Positions 14,387-28,508 of a stretch of 64,000 nucleotides of DNA are shown here, piece after piece. The notes under the pieces are model-generated. The model did no database searches. It was not told where the DNA came from and saw only the letters and a list, made by a program, of their open reading frames with translations. The stretch lies in assembly GCA_051294375.1 (NCBI GenBank), contig JBJCIZ010000239.1:3051476-3115475 (forward strand). Direction: 5' to 3'. The first letter of the stretch is position 1. Every line of letters starts with the position of its first letter. This DNA comes from Paraspadella gotoi. Its lineage: Eukaryota; Animalia; Chaetognatha. The position numbers were made by a program, and so were the translations under genes.

Positions 14387-15779
14387 TCATTTCTGCAATT
14401 CGGAAAGACCGTGAGCGTAATGACACTGGCTTCCACTATAACAAGAACCGAGGGCGTAAAATGAGCAGAGTTGAGTTTTGTATTTAAACTTTGGCTTGGG
14501 GATGGCACGAAGTTCCGATTCCCCGTGAGCATAGTGGCAATTCGCGCCGTTTGGACATCGAGCCCCTTGAACGTACCTAAGTATATTATGTAAAAGTTAA
14601 ATAATTCAAAATATTTCGAAAAATGGAAAATAAATAAGGAGATTACGATTTTACCAATTACAAAGCGTCGACTTATATTTCGGATTTTCATCAATGATCT
14701 TGTCGACTTTCGTCTTGGTCTTAACAGGGGAGACAGCCTTCTTCTCCGGAGCTTTAAGTTGATCCCGGACCTGCTTCGGGGCCTTTTTAATCTTTGAGGC
14801 TACAACAGACCACTCCGTAGATGATTCTTTGTGTGGAGGTTCTTCCGTAACTAAGATAAAAAATAAAAAAAATTTTATAATTATCACGATATAATCTAAA
14901 GAATCCAATTCTTTAACAAAAGCTTAAAAAAGAAGAATCAAACCATTGTTAATATCGGACCTATAAATGGCGATGACCCCGACGAAGCCGAGGACGCCGT
15001 TGATTCAGTTTCTGCCGATGGGGATCCCTTTTTCTTCTTGGCGCTAATATTAACGCCGACGCTTAAACCTGCGACCTTCTTCGTCGTCTCCGCCAACTCC
15101 GGCGACTCCACCTTAAGGGCTTCGTCCAAATCGTCGTCGGATTCGAAGAGGAGGTCATCCTCGACTCGAGCGCCGTTCCAGTTCGAGTTGACGAGCGAGT
15201 TGGCGTCTCCACCGCCGGGCTTGTAACCGCTTAACGGTATATTAACGTTTTTATTACCGGGCTTGGTGCCGATGGGATCGGGTAACGGACGATTGAAATT
15301 CGCGTAGCAATTAATATCAGGCGTTTCCACTTTCTTAAGCATCGAAGCGGGTACGAAAGCTGCGTGACCGTTTCTGGCCTGAATGTTCAGTGTTTTTAAT
15401 CGTGAAAACAAAAGACTATTTCAAAATTTTACAATTTAAGTAAATATTTAAAAAAGCCTCCGCTCAGTTAGATTGCCATAATAGGATTTTCAAACGTGAT
15501 ATATTTCCAACCTGAAAATATTGGACGGAGCCTAAACTTCCATTTCCCTTTCCAACGGGATTATCGAATTGGATTCCTGCAAAGGTTCCAATATTCGAAC
15601 CCACATGTTCTTCTGGTAGAGTACCAATCCATAATATAACTGCATATTCAACCTGGTTTGGAAATTTACGAAACGGCATACAAATAATGTATATTAACCC
15701 AAAAAATAAGAATGACTTCGAATACCTTGTCATTTTTTATTGCGATGCAAACGCGTTCTCCGATTTTCAAATCAATCAT
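14387..15779 (-). CDS. CAP-Gly domain + tandem CCCH zinc-finger (TTP/TIS11-like) protein, 332 aa, 5 exons
   Basis: Exons 15779-15726, 15652-15512, 15378-14961, 14850-14655 and 14576-14387 join with GT-AG introns into 999 nt in frame. N-terminal IGERV...ILWIG...AGIQFDNPVGKGNGS...YFQARNGHAAFVP; C-terminal YKSTLC-x8-C-x5-C-x3-H and YKTQLC-x7-C-x5-C-x3-H. Confidence 0.85.
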
Positions 15780-16565
15780 TGTCAATCCTAACTAAATTTT
15801 GGCTGGATAAAATAAAAAATACAAATTTCAACAACAGAAAATACGACGTTATCTCTTATACTTGTAATTCATCTTTAAGGCTTCCAGATATGAGACCAAT
15901 TTAAAGTAGAAAGTCACGAGTCAACGATATAAAACCCTTGAACCATTAATGACAAAATGAAAAATAATAATTAAAATATTAGATTTTTATTAATGGATTC
16001 TCCATGTGCATTCTTTTCCGAAATCCTAAAAAAATAATACGAGTAATTCAAGAAAGTCTTTTTAAAAAAAAAATTGGCTGATATATAATAAATGTAATAG
16101 CATAGGGAATAAATTTCGTTTGAAATTTTTTTCCATCCCAATAAAAAACAACAAAAGAAGGGAATAATTCATAAAACATGGGCATTTTCGTTAAAATGCA
16201 ATTATCTTATTGAGTTTAATCCCAAGAAAAAATTAATCGAAGGTTACGTTAAGTCGTAAGTTTAGATAAAATTTAAATACTTTTAACCTCAAATTCAATA
16301 AAATTATTTAACAAATCTTTTTCAAATAAACTAGGTTAATGAAAAAAACAAGCGCCACTTAAGAGAGGTAAAAAACGAAAATGCAATATATATAAAAAAA
16401 GTATATTTAATTTAAGACCAGCTCTTGAAAATTGAGCGAAAAAGGGCAAATTTAGAAATTACAAATAAATATTTATTATATAGTATAATAAATTGACTAA
16501 TAAGAAAAAAAAAACAGCTATAAAATATTGACCAGTGAAAGCGACTCACAGTTTACGACATTGTT

Positions 16566-18607
16566 TTACGCGAGCGATCCCTTGGCATCTTCTTCGTCCT
16601 CGATAAAAGACCTGAAGCTCTCCTTGACCGGGAGTGAGGTAGTTCTGACGACCTTATCGCCCCTTTTCCTGCTTCGCGTCGGAGGAAGAAGGGAAGAGGG
16701 TTTGCCGGAAGCGTTCCACTTAGCGCCGCGCGGTTTCGGCTTAGGCCCGCCTATTTCTCCCAATACGCTCGCGTCGAGAACGGCTGGGCGATCTCCGTTC
16801 TTCGGCTCCATCTTTCCGTTGGCGTCTTTTTCCTCGTCCTTCGGAACTGACGCCAAGCCAACACTGTAAAGTCATTTAACTTTATCTTTCATTTTCTCCC
16901 TTATTCTTATTCTTCCCTATGCTCCAGCTTACTGCACAGAGGGCAAAGCGTTGGCAGCCATATCTTCTTCGATGAGAGACAATTGGTTCTGCGCGGATGT
17001 CGAAGGCCGGCTTCGATCTTTTCGCCGCGGAGGAGCTCGTGGTTCGAGATCGTTCGTTCCAAGTCGTGACTGTCGAGATAATATTCAAAAATCAATGAAG
17101 AAGACAAGGGATTCAAATTTTAACGGTACCTCTCTATTTTTCCCACACTCCGAGAGGCCTCGATCCTCGCCCGACACATCTGCCGACTTGGTCATCCTCA
17201 AGGGCCGCTTCGAAAAAGAAGCAAGCATTTTCTCCCGCTCCTCCCCCTTGCCGACGACTGGGGCCTCGCCGGTTTCGATCGCGTCGGAACAATGGACCTC
17301 AAAAGGACGATGCGATCCCGAGTCGGTGACCTCGATTGTTGGGATCGAAAGGTTCGTCGACTCTTCCAACGATTCGGGATTTTTGAAGTCGTCTATCACG
17401 TCGCGAAGCTTCAAACCGCCTCCCGTGTTGCGAAATTCTACCTTCGGATTGAGGTAGAGAGACTCCAAAGGGTCGACTCCGGTGCACTTTAGAATCTTGG
17501 CCTACGGAAAAAGAAGAAAACGTTTCCAAAGTAGTTTGCAGAGTTCTGAGTTTTACGGCGAAGTGAAGTGGCTGGGAATAATTGAAATAAAAAAAAATCG
17601 TAAGCAAAAAATCACGTAGTCCGAGAATCATCACAGTGCCTAATTAACGTAATCAAGGAATAAGGTAAACAGGTGATTTCATAATAAAAACGTTTAATCT
17701 CATAGTGAAGTGCAGTGAAGAAAGCACCAAAAATTTGATGATTTAAACAAAAACATGTAATTTTTTTTTTAAATTGTTTTTGTTAACTGCACCCGTTTTT
17801 CTCCACAATTACATTTTTTTATCAATTTTCCATATATTTTGATATATGAATAGTATATAAGGATAGTACTATATATAAATATATAGCCCACTGCAAAAGT
17901 TAAAAAATGTAAAATTATTTTTTTTTTATAAATTAATGTTCACTGAAGGTATGTAGTCCATAATTGACTTTTAAATTTTATATGTAACTTTCACTACGCT
18001 CTCACAAAACATCTCATTCACCTGCAGGACGAGAATTGTGGATCTGAGCGTTTCGGTGGAGGCGTGACGCAAGTGATTCACCCATTCTGTTAACAAAAAC
18101 CGTGAAAGACGAGTCAATGAGAAAAGTCACCGAAAAAACCCAGTTTCACAATACCTTCGCAGTCATCCAGAGTTCGTCCCGAAAAATAATGTTTGGCTCG
18201 AGCGACGGCGATGTAATCGTAGGAGCCGACGACGTTAGCATCGACGGCTTCGGCCGCCGACTCGAAGGAGACGGAGAAAACGAAGGATTGTTCCGGGTGA
18301 TGGGGTTCGTGCTGCACGCGGATTCGCTCCAAGATAATCACACCCTGCAGGATGCGAGCTTCAGGCATGCAAATCGATGGTAATATGGGTAATAGAGTAA
18401 TAAATTTACCTGGGGATTGGAAAAGTCGAAAGTAGAGCTGGTAGAAAGGGTTTCCCACGAATAATAAAACAAAAGGTTACCCTTGAGTCTAAACCACTTG
18501 TCCTTGAATCCAGTGGCCTTTTGAGGTTTCTTGTAGGCAAGCTTCCCTTCCTTGTCCGGATTGGGAAGGGCGGCGGCTTGAGCAATCTCCCGAGAGTTGA
18601 ACTTCAT
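16566..18607 (-). CDS. PLEKHJ1: PH-domain protein PLEKHJ1-like with a C-terminal extension
   Basis: MKFNSREI...KWFRLKGNLLFYY, GVIILERIRV, FVFSVSF, WVNHLRHASTETLRSTILVLQAKILKCTGVDPLE resemble PLEKHJ1. The 3' exons and stop at 16566 are less certain. Confidence 0.75.
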
Positions 18608-18986
18608 TTTTTTCCGGAAATATAGGCACTTTTTTGCGGGGCTGGTTTTGGGAAATATTTCCCCAAAACCAATTAAGTTTCAAGGCGACATCAGTGTGGC
18701 CGCATGCGCCACAAACATGGAGTATAAAGCGAGAAAAAAGTTAACTTATGGCATTTTATATCTACAGGGGTTTTCATGATCAAAAGTTAAGAAAACTTTT
18801 TTTTTTTTAAATTTTCGCTTTGTAGTCCACGGTTCCAGTTTTTTCATTTAGAGACATTATCTAGGAAAAATAAAATGAAAAAACGTATGGAATGTAAAAT
18901 ATATATCGAGTTACTTGTAAAAATTTTCAGTTGCAAAAATAAATTGCAATAACATTTCTGATAAAATAACATCACGAAATAAAACG

Positions 18987-21900
18987 CTAAGGTTTCATGT
19001 CAAATATGTCGGCTATCCTTTGAGCCTCTTCTTTTGATGGCTGATTGACAGCTTGAAACGTTTTCAACAATCTTTCGCCAACAGTGATACTAGGTGCAGA
19101 TTTTGGACGAGTCACTTTAGATCTAGTTTCATTGATTTTAATCCACTGCGGTCGGGGACGCTCAGACTGAACCGATTGAGGAGAATCGGACTCTGACATT
19201 TGTGAAAATTTTGCAGTTGTAGGAATTTCCGCTAAAGTTTCGTCTCCAAGATCTTGTAACTAAGAGTAGGAAATTAAATATGACGCTGCAGGTTTACTGA
19301 GTAACTTTTAGGTAAATTTTTTTCACTAAGAATTGCGAATGGACTGAAGTTTGAATTTTTTAAAAAAATGTATTTTGATTCTTAAGTATTGACAAAGATA
19401 TGTAAATAATATGAATATAACTATTACTTCTAATCTTACTATTATTGACTTTTAATTAAATGCGTCAGATTTCATTTCCCACAAATTACTTCAGGTAATT
19501 TGAGACAAAAGTCTGATGACCAATTGGACATTCGTTCAACGAGTTCTTCAACATGTTTTTCATCTTCTTCATTAAGATTTTCAGAGTCACCTTCTAAAAG
19601 GCAAAATGGTAAGTCTTCTGGAATTACTGCAGATTCTATAACCTCAACCTCATCAATCGCATCGACCTCATCCAATTTCACAAATAGGTTTTCTTGAAAA
19701 GCAGGTGTATATTGTTTTTTACCGAGATCGGAATCGTCATTAATCACTGCATTGACATTGGTTCCTTGCATTTTATTACCAGCTGTAAAGGATGGAGTGT
19801 CACCTCGCATCTCATCATCGCTTTGTTCATTTTCAGAACCGTTTAACACAGTACAAATTGTTTCATTTTCAATATTATCTTCATCCAATTCCTCCCAAAT
19901 TTCAGAAACATTTTGTCGATCAAAATGATTATCATCATAATTCTCTGACAAACGTTCACAGTTTATGTTAAAAGATTCTGATCTATCAACAGCATAATCA
20001 TTATTATTATTTGTATTCAAGGGATAATCGGAATTGCTGTAATCAACAAGCCTAGACTTTGGACTATAGGGACTATCGCCCTCATCATCAGTTGTTGAAA
20101 TTGATTCCTTATCATCATCATCATCTTCAGACTCTGATTCTGCTTTTTGCCATATTCCCAAGGGTCCTTTCTGCGGTGTTGAAAGAACATCGTTAGTTTC
20201 AGGAAGATTTGAATTATTTTCATTTGAAGAAAATAGTCCATTAGAGTTTGTATTTACTTTTTTTTTCATTATTTGGTTGGTTTTCACCTCAAGTCTTTTC
20301 TTCAAATTCCTTGTTATTTCATCCAGCTCTCCCATGCTTTTCTGCAACATAGCTTTTGCTACTACATCTCGAGCGGTTGTTCCTGTATCGCGAACAGGAA
20401 TTTCGGCAGCTATTGTTTCTTGTTGTCTAGATTGTATATCCTCGTTATTTTGCAGTCGAACTCTTTGTTCAGTGAACCTTGAGATGTGGCCAGGAAATCC
20501 TGCATAAAGAGAAGTAGTTTGATAAATGGCTTCTTGGTTGAGAGCGCCTTTCCTCAATTGGTCGCCATCTTCATATGGAATTCCTGAGCGAAATTTGATT
20601 AGGTCTTCCAAAGGCATTATATTTATTTTGATTTGTCCCTGACAACGTCCACTTAGATCTACTATATGGTACCATCCTTGAATCAATAATAAATTTGATG
20701 TTAAAGGCGTTAAATCTATAGCAGCAAAGCCAAGGCATCTATCAGGTAACAACTTTGCATCTGGTCCTCGTGATTTATGCCAAACTTTAAGAATCAAAAA
20801 CTTTTTTTCTGAAGAATCAAGCAACTCGGAAGAAAGGTTTGTGGCAGTAACAAAATTCCATTTTGGACTGTCAGAGTTATACACAACCGCAGTAGTAATT
20901 GGCTCAGAAGAATCAAATGATATAAAACTAACATATGCATTTGGCACACACTTGGAACCTTTCTTTTTGTCAATAATAATATCGGGTAAATGAGCTGCTT
21001 GCTCAATCCCAATATTTGCAGAAAAACTGGGTGCTGTACTACTAGTTTTTAAACTGACAGGCAAAATATTTACATTTTCAATTTGAGGTACCGTTGCCAA
21101 TGACAAAGGATTAGAAACAGCGTGAGATTTATCTTTCGTCGGAGTTTCTTCTCGTTCCAGTTTCATATTAACTAATATTGCAGATCCCTCTAAGGCGGCG
21201 ACGTCTTGTTGATAAACAGGATATTCATTTGCGATCTCGGTCGTACCATGAACGTTGGGTGTGCTTACTAATAACTCGTCCAAACGAACTTGAATAGCCC
21301 CTATAATGCGGCCACTGTTGGATTCCTCACCGTCGCTGTTTGTATTCGAATTAGAAACCATGGAAACGAGAACATGAATTTCAAGACATTCTTCCCTTAA
21401 ATACCAAAGTAGTGATTGTGACGATGTTAGTTCAAATGTTTTTATGTAGTTGGGTTTTGCATAAACAGTTTCATAAGCTTCACTTACATTCATTTTAAAT
21501 GGTGGAGAAAAAACAGTTGCTTCATTAAAAAAAGAAAATCGCAACATTACGGATAAATTATTCCAAGAGTTTTCCAAGCCTTCAAATTTTAGTGGCAAAC
21601 TTATTGCTAATAAATTTATTGTTATATAAACGGTGGTACCCTGCTCCCAAAACTCTTCCATCGGATATGAAAGCAATCTAGTGTCAAAGCCATTTGATCG
21701 CGCCGATTTGAGAATTTTTTCTCTTTCTATTTGTGGTTCGGGAAAAAAAACTGAAACCTCTACTAGTCCTCCTACGTTTGTAAGTTTATTGAAAGACGAT
21801 GAAGTTGATAGAGACATTCCTTCGGGAAGCTTTGCAGGAAACCAACCTCTAATCCCAGTTCGATGCATTAACAGTTGAGAAAGAGAAATATTAACACGTC

Positions 21901-24900
21901 CAAGGAATATATCTCCAGTCCTGATAAAAATAAGACTTCCCGAGTTTTCAGAATTTTGAACATGTCTCTCTTCGAGTTGTGCAGTGTCTGGTTGATGCCA
22001 AAGCTCTATGACAACCTCTGACGTCTGAAGGATATCTGCTAGAGTCGTAGGTTTAGACGTGCCATGCTGAAAGACTAAAGGACAAAGAAACTCGGCATGA
22101 TGAGAAAAATTGGGAGTAAAAGTTCGGGCAAATGTTTTCGTTATTTTTGCTTCTCTTTCGGGAAAAAATGAGGGCCGAAATTTGGCGAAAACGTTTGTTC
22201 CTATTTGGGCAGCAGCAACAAGATTTCGTGTTTGAAAAGAAATGACTTTAGCCAAAGTTTTTAGGCCACAAGCTCTGTGTATAACCACTGATAAACATAC
22301 TTTTTCGTGAGTCTCTAATTCTCGGATTTGATTTTGCTCCTCCGTATTGGGTTCTACACTAAGTTGAGAATAGTTATAAGATACTCCTATATTTAAAATA
22401 CCACAGGTTTCGTCCTCTTTACGATTTTCATTTTGCACTCTCTTTAACATTATAGCGCATTTAGTAAGTTTATTTCTTTTCTCTTCTTTAGTAATTGAAC
22501 TTAGCTCCTCAAAAGTCATCCAGCCTTTACCTATAAGTCTATCTTTTAAAGACGGAGAATACTGACGTACCCATAATTCAAATTGAAATCGGTTTTTCAG
22601 AGAAGATGTACCTTCTTTCAAAATGTGTTCCAGAGACATCCCGCCGGATAGATTAACCGTGTGCTTTGTATGATAATCCAATGTTGGCTCATTGCTACAA
22701 AGAACTGCTGGCGTAATATAAGAATCTAAAGTTATCTCATAACTCTGGGATGATTCATTTGGAAAATAATACTTGATAAAACAATCAGTCTCTCCATATG
22801 CTACACCATCAGGGAGTGTTAAGCGAGTAATATTTTCAAAATAAAATGAAAATTGATGAGAATAATGAAAAGCATTATTTAATAAGTTTTTATGTGGATT
22901 TTCGATTGGAGACAGTTGTGCATCTGCAGTGAGTTGTTGTAATTTCATAGTTTTTAAGGTGTCAATTTGCAAGTTAGTGCCCATAGCTAGCAATACTTTA
23001 AGATACCCAAATTGTAAACCATTGAAAGGATTAATAATAGGATGGTATGAATCTGCGGCGACCACGGGATATTTAGCTTTCAGCAATGCATTCGCAACAG
23101 ACTGTTCTCTAAAGGAAAGATAAAACTGATGAAGAGATATTTTCACAAGTCCAATTAATCTATCTTCTGATGCAGACGAGGATTTATCCCAAACTTCAAT
23201 AACCATGAAGTTGTTGTTCATACTTTTGACAAATTCATCGTTTAGATTAACGGGTTTAACATGATGAAAATCAAATTTAGGTTGACTACTACCCCAGCAG
23301 ACTCGTGAAGTTGCCTGCTTGTCTGCGCTGCTTGAAAAAAGGCGACAGAGTAGGTAAGGGTTTCTACTTCCAGTGTCAGCATGGTTACTCGGCATTAAAT
23401 TATCTGCAGAAGCTTGTGAGACTTCAACCCCATTATTGGTAATGTCTATTCCATAAGGAATGTATACAAATGATTGCACACTCGTCGAGGTAGTAGCAGA
23501 AGAGAATGGAAGAAATCTTTGGGACTCTTGCCAGCCTGAAGTTTTCAGTCGTTGTTGCGCCGGGACTGAATTTGCTTGCACTATAGGTGTCGGTGCTGGA
23601 GCTTCCCTCTGCTTTTTAATGAGAATAGGTGATACAGTTTTAAAAGATTGTTCTAACGAACTACTTTGATCAGCTTTAAATTTTACCATTGCTATATCAT
23701 AAGCATCCCCCTCTCCAAATAATTCTAATTTCCCATACACTTTTCCTATAATATTTTCCCCATCCAGCTCTCTATTCGACTTGATAAGGACTTGAACTGT
23801 CAAAGACATATTATCAGAAGTGAGTAAATGCTTTAATGACAATGAACCGCTTCCTAACAAGACCCTATTTGGCGGAGATAGGTAAAAAAGACGAAGAATT
23901 AAACTACTATTCCACCAAGATTCCAAGATGTCCCCATTAAACTTCACTGGAAATGTTCCTTGATAATTGAAAAAAGTAGCCGTGTCGTCCTGCCCTTGAG
24001 AGGGTATACTGATCACTTCTGCCGACATCGCATGGCCAGACTCCAAGTTTAAATCCGCAATGACAGGAAAACTTAATTCTATGTGATACTTTTGTTTTCC
24101 TTTCATGTTTAAAATAGCTTTATCTATCATTAAACGAAACATTGATATCCTTCCCAGTAAAGTTAATCGCGCAGGGGACATCTTCTCTGGCCCCCCGAAA
24201 GTGGGAGCTCCGGAGGAAGAAGAAGTCGTACATTGACAATCGCTTTTGGCGCACCCGCACGTAAGTTTTTTCACTTGCACAACTTTTCTCTTCTTCTGCT
24301 CAAACATTTGCGATCGCTCCGTCTCAAAATCCAGACTCACGTCGCTTTGGTGATCTCGCCAACCGGACGATGGGTCATTGAAAAACATTTCTTTTATAAT
24401 CGATTCCTCGACTGCGGAATCGGTAACTCCGGAATAATCGCCCTCGTTGCTCGACAAGCTTAGCGCGGTGTGACCCAGAGCCATCTGAAGGTTCTCTATG
24501 TCGTCGTTGTCCATCCTACCGTCGTTCGCCATAACGAGATCGACGAATCTTGACTCGGTGTTTCCTCCCGCGTAGAGATCAGAATAATTTGTCGGGTGAC
24601 TGTGATTCGGGCGGACTGAAGAGTCACCCATCGTCTCGGGACGAGCGTGTTCGATGGCGGATTGGTTGTAATTATTTAACGCGTTCTTCAATACTCGACT
24701 TCGATGATGGAGATCGGCGATAAGAACTCTTTCTGGCCTTTCAATGTCTTCTACAATTTTTGTCGAATCAAAAGGATCGAAGTCTTCTTTCGCTCTTTCG
24801 AAACGCGAGTCCGATCGAGATCGTACAACTTCAGAGTCTTCGGCATTATTTTGGGTGGCAATGTTGAGTTCGGCGAGAGGGAGACGACTTGAAGACGCGT

Positions 24901-25599
24901 TTTGCTTCGATGATTCCCTCGATTCGAGGTTCAAACTCGAGCCGCTCTCCGAGACTGCGGGGTCGGCTGCATGGTCGCCAGCGTTCGGGGCGAGCGGTTC
25001 CAAACTGACGCCAATCTCGAGTTCGCCGACGGTGAGATCTCCCTTTCCCGAGGACGACACAATAGGGAACCATCCTTGGATGGAGGATCGGTGGGTGAGT
25101 TGACCGATGATGGAGAGAGTCACTGAACCAAGTTTGGAGAGATGGTTGGTGGGCGTGACGACCTCGAGGTACAAGGATCCCATGTCGCTTAAGTAGGCGG
25201 CAAACTGCGATGGTCCGCTGCGGACAGCGTAACGGGCGGTGGTAAGGCAGGCGGCTTTTGATTCTGGGACGTTGGCATCAACTGCGAGGAATAAAGAATC
25301 ACATAATTTTATAAAAGGAAGGTTAACAGTAAATTAACGCCTATTAAAACAAAGATTGTACCAGGAATAAATTTCGACTGCTCGCCATCTTCTCCCCACC
25401 ATTTGACGAAGACAACGCAAAGACCTTCGTGTTGCTTCCGAAACCACGTGACCTTCGTGACCTTCAAGATCAGGTACGAGCGAAGATGTCCGTCCACTTG
25501 CGGTGGAAGGCTGGTATGAACCGCCACATCGGGAATCAGAGTTTTCTTTCCAGATTTGTTTCCTCCGGTTCGAGGCAGTTTTTTCATTTTCTTCCCCAT
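18987..25599 (-). CDS. C2CD3: C2 domain-containing protein 3 (distal centriole/ciliogenesis), 3 exons
   Basis: Exon 1 (25599-~25362) TSLPPQVDGHLRSYL...VKWWGE. A ~5.8-kb internal exon carries multiple C2 domains (FMVIEVWDK, SLHQFYLSF, GWYHIVDLSGRCQGQIK). The in-frame last exon 19259-18987 ends EEAQRIADIF, like the C2CD3 C-terminal motif. Confidence 0.93.
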
Positions 25600-26571
25600 A
25601 TCGTTTTAATCCACATGGTTGAGCAACATTCAAAATGAAAGGCTAGATTCGTTTGGTAATTTAGAATCATACAGCCTGCAAAAGGCGAAATCTAAAAACA
25701 ACGAGGAATTAAAAACTGAAGAGAAAACAAGGAATGCTAATTGAATTTAAAAAAAAAACTAACTATGTAATAGAGAAACGCGGATTATTAACCAGCGGCA
25801 AAGGCATCGATTGTGCCGTCACATCGTTGGGTGATGACCCGTTCCGCAAATAAAATCATTCTAAAAGTATAACAATGTTCAAAAGTTGAAAAGCTTTAAA
25901 TATAAAGATAAAATAGATGAAATTAAAATATTTTTGTAAATCCCTAAATTTTTTTAGTCTGATAAACTTTCATTGCACAGAAAAAAAAAGAAAAAAAATC
26001 AAGCGTCGATGTTTTGATAACAAATCAGTCATTGAGGAAATTATTTACGAAGTAACAACAATTACCAAGTCAAGAGGTAACAAGGTCGTTTTACTAGTGT
26101 AGTCAAATTCACTTCCATCGCCATTTGTCGGTTTAAAGATGTAGTTGATATCCACGAGTCGGTTGTCTTGAATAAATAGGGCAAATTCGTTTAAAAATTC
26201 GTTTTATCATCGCTCAACTATTGCTAGTAATTTTCAATACTATGAAATAACAATTCTAAACATTCATGCGTCTAATCAACGTTCTCTTGTACAAAGAGAC
26301 GAAAACCTTTTCTCTATATTACTCGTATTAGTCTCATTCGTCCAGAATTTTAAAACTGCATCAGACCCGTTGAGGTTTTAATTTTTAACCCTAATCCTTC
26401 CATTGCATTTTAAAATCAATTCGACAAACAAGCTTCCATATTAACGTTTGTAAGGGTTGGAAAGGTTTTAGCAGATAACTTTTACTTGTAACGCGACCAA
26501 AAAAAGTACACGTTAAGAAAAAGACTAATTGGTTATAATTCCGAAAACAATTAAAATATAAAAACCTGCTG

Positions 26572-27937
26572 TTACGTTTTCTCGTTTCGCGATTTTTCGG
26601 CGACTGCGTTTTGTACTTTCAAGTTTCTTGCATTGTTGTACTTATGAACGACGTGGAGGGAAATACCACTCAGACAAACCATTAAGCCTAACACGTTTAT
26701 TGAGGACATTTTAGTCTCATTTATTTTCGAGTCCAATATTAACGTCAAAATCTCTTTGCCAATGCCGGATATGTTAAGAGTCAAGCTCGACGTTGTTTTT
26801 AATAATAAATATTCCGCGAGCTCCATGGCGAAGGCAAGGCAGCCGCCAATCGCCATCAGCATTAAGTAATAGTACATTACTTGCGGATCTCGGAAGCTGG
26901 GAAAAGAAAAAAAAAAAACCATTTGCGTTGAACAATAAGTATTAATCATTAAGTACATTTCGTGGGTAATTTACCCGAAAAGCCGCGTGGACGCCATGAC
27001 TCGTTCTCCTTCAAAAATGGCTACCAATGGCAAAAGGCTAAGCGCCATCCAAGATTGAACGTGATACACCATTTCTATGGGATTTGAAAGACCGATTTCT
27101 TGTTTTTGCGTCACGACTTGAGCTAAGGTCCATCTCAATCCGCCGAGAAAGGAAGCTCCCAGGACGAGTAAAAAACCTGCCCAATAAGTTTTATAAGTCG
27201 TCAAAACATAACACTCGGGTGCGGAAAAAGTGAAAACGAAACGTTCCTACCTGAGAAAGAGAATTGTGTTGATTTATAAGTGAACATAAAGAGTCCAGAG
27301 AAAATACAAATAACTATAACAGCTAAGGACCACTTTGGTTTTTCTAATTTAAACAGAATTGAAAACCCCAAAATGAAAATGATGCACGTTGACTTGGTCA
27401 TTGTGTACAAGGAAACCGTGATGAATTGAAAGCTCCAATTGGATAAACCTGAAAAAAAAAATGTTAATTAAACAAAAAATATTGAGGGACTCTTAATAGA
27501 AACACAGAAAATGCAATATTATCTTTTACCAATATCAAAAGAGCTCGCTATTCCAGTAGGCGCGACTCCTTTAATATAAATTTTCCACTGTAGCGTCAAT
27601 CTTGGCCTCCCGTTGATGTATGAGATGACTCGACGCAAAATGGCAGCCAGTAGAAATTTAATGATCAAATGGGCAAGGGTAACTATGTAATGAAACGAAC
27701 ATAAAATTACATGTAATTATTTTTTTTAGCTCGAGTGATAGTAATTTTTTTTTTTCCTTTTCAGAAATAAACTAATTGCACATCAATACCTGTTAATGGA
27801 AAATGGAAGTCGTCGATAAACCATTTGTTGTAAAAAGTTAAGCTGATTGAGAATACGAAATACACTAAGATGTAAATTATAGTCTTTACAATCAGCCCGC
27901 TCGATACCATTTTCAGTCGGTTGCTTTCATCATTCAT
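26572..27937 (-). CDS. SLC35C2: Nucleotide-sugar transporter family member SLC35C2
   Basis: [58 protein letters not shown]...[33 protein letters not shown]. The exact last exon is uncertain. Confidence 0.92.
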
Positions 27938-28508
27938 GAGTTAATTTGGCGTTCAGTGCTGAAATATAATATTTAAAATGATACAATTTTAGCAGTAGCC
28001 GTGGTGTTTTCTCTTTTGTCAACTGCTTGCTTGTAGTGTCCTTAAATTGTTCTTGTCTACATCAAAACGTGGACTACTTTTTGACATCGTTTAAGGTCAT
28101 ATGATCTATCCCGCGGTCAATATACTGTATGTTTCTAAAAATAGAAATATACCGATAGCTTAAGGTAGAGAACGATTTAAAACATGACAATAAATAAACA
28201 ACAAACAAAGAACTGTGCAATACTAAATAAAATATGAAGACAAATATTTTTTGCCAACTAGGCTTATTCTTTTACTGTACTTGTTTTAGATATCATTTAT
28301 ACATATTATAAATACATGTTTATTTAAAATGTATATTAAATTAAATAATTTTTTTTAAATAGGCCTTAAACTACCAAAGCCTGTCCAAAGTATTTCGTAT
28401 TGGATGTATTCATTTCATATGCAGTAAACCAATTGCAATTTTCATTTAAGCATATTCTCAATAAATGGGCTAAACAATAACCACCAAAATATCACACAGG
28501 CGTTTCTT

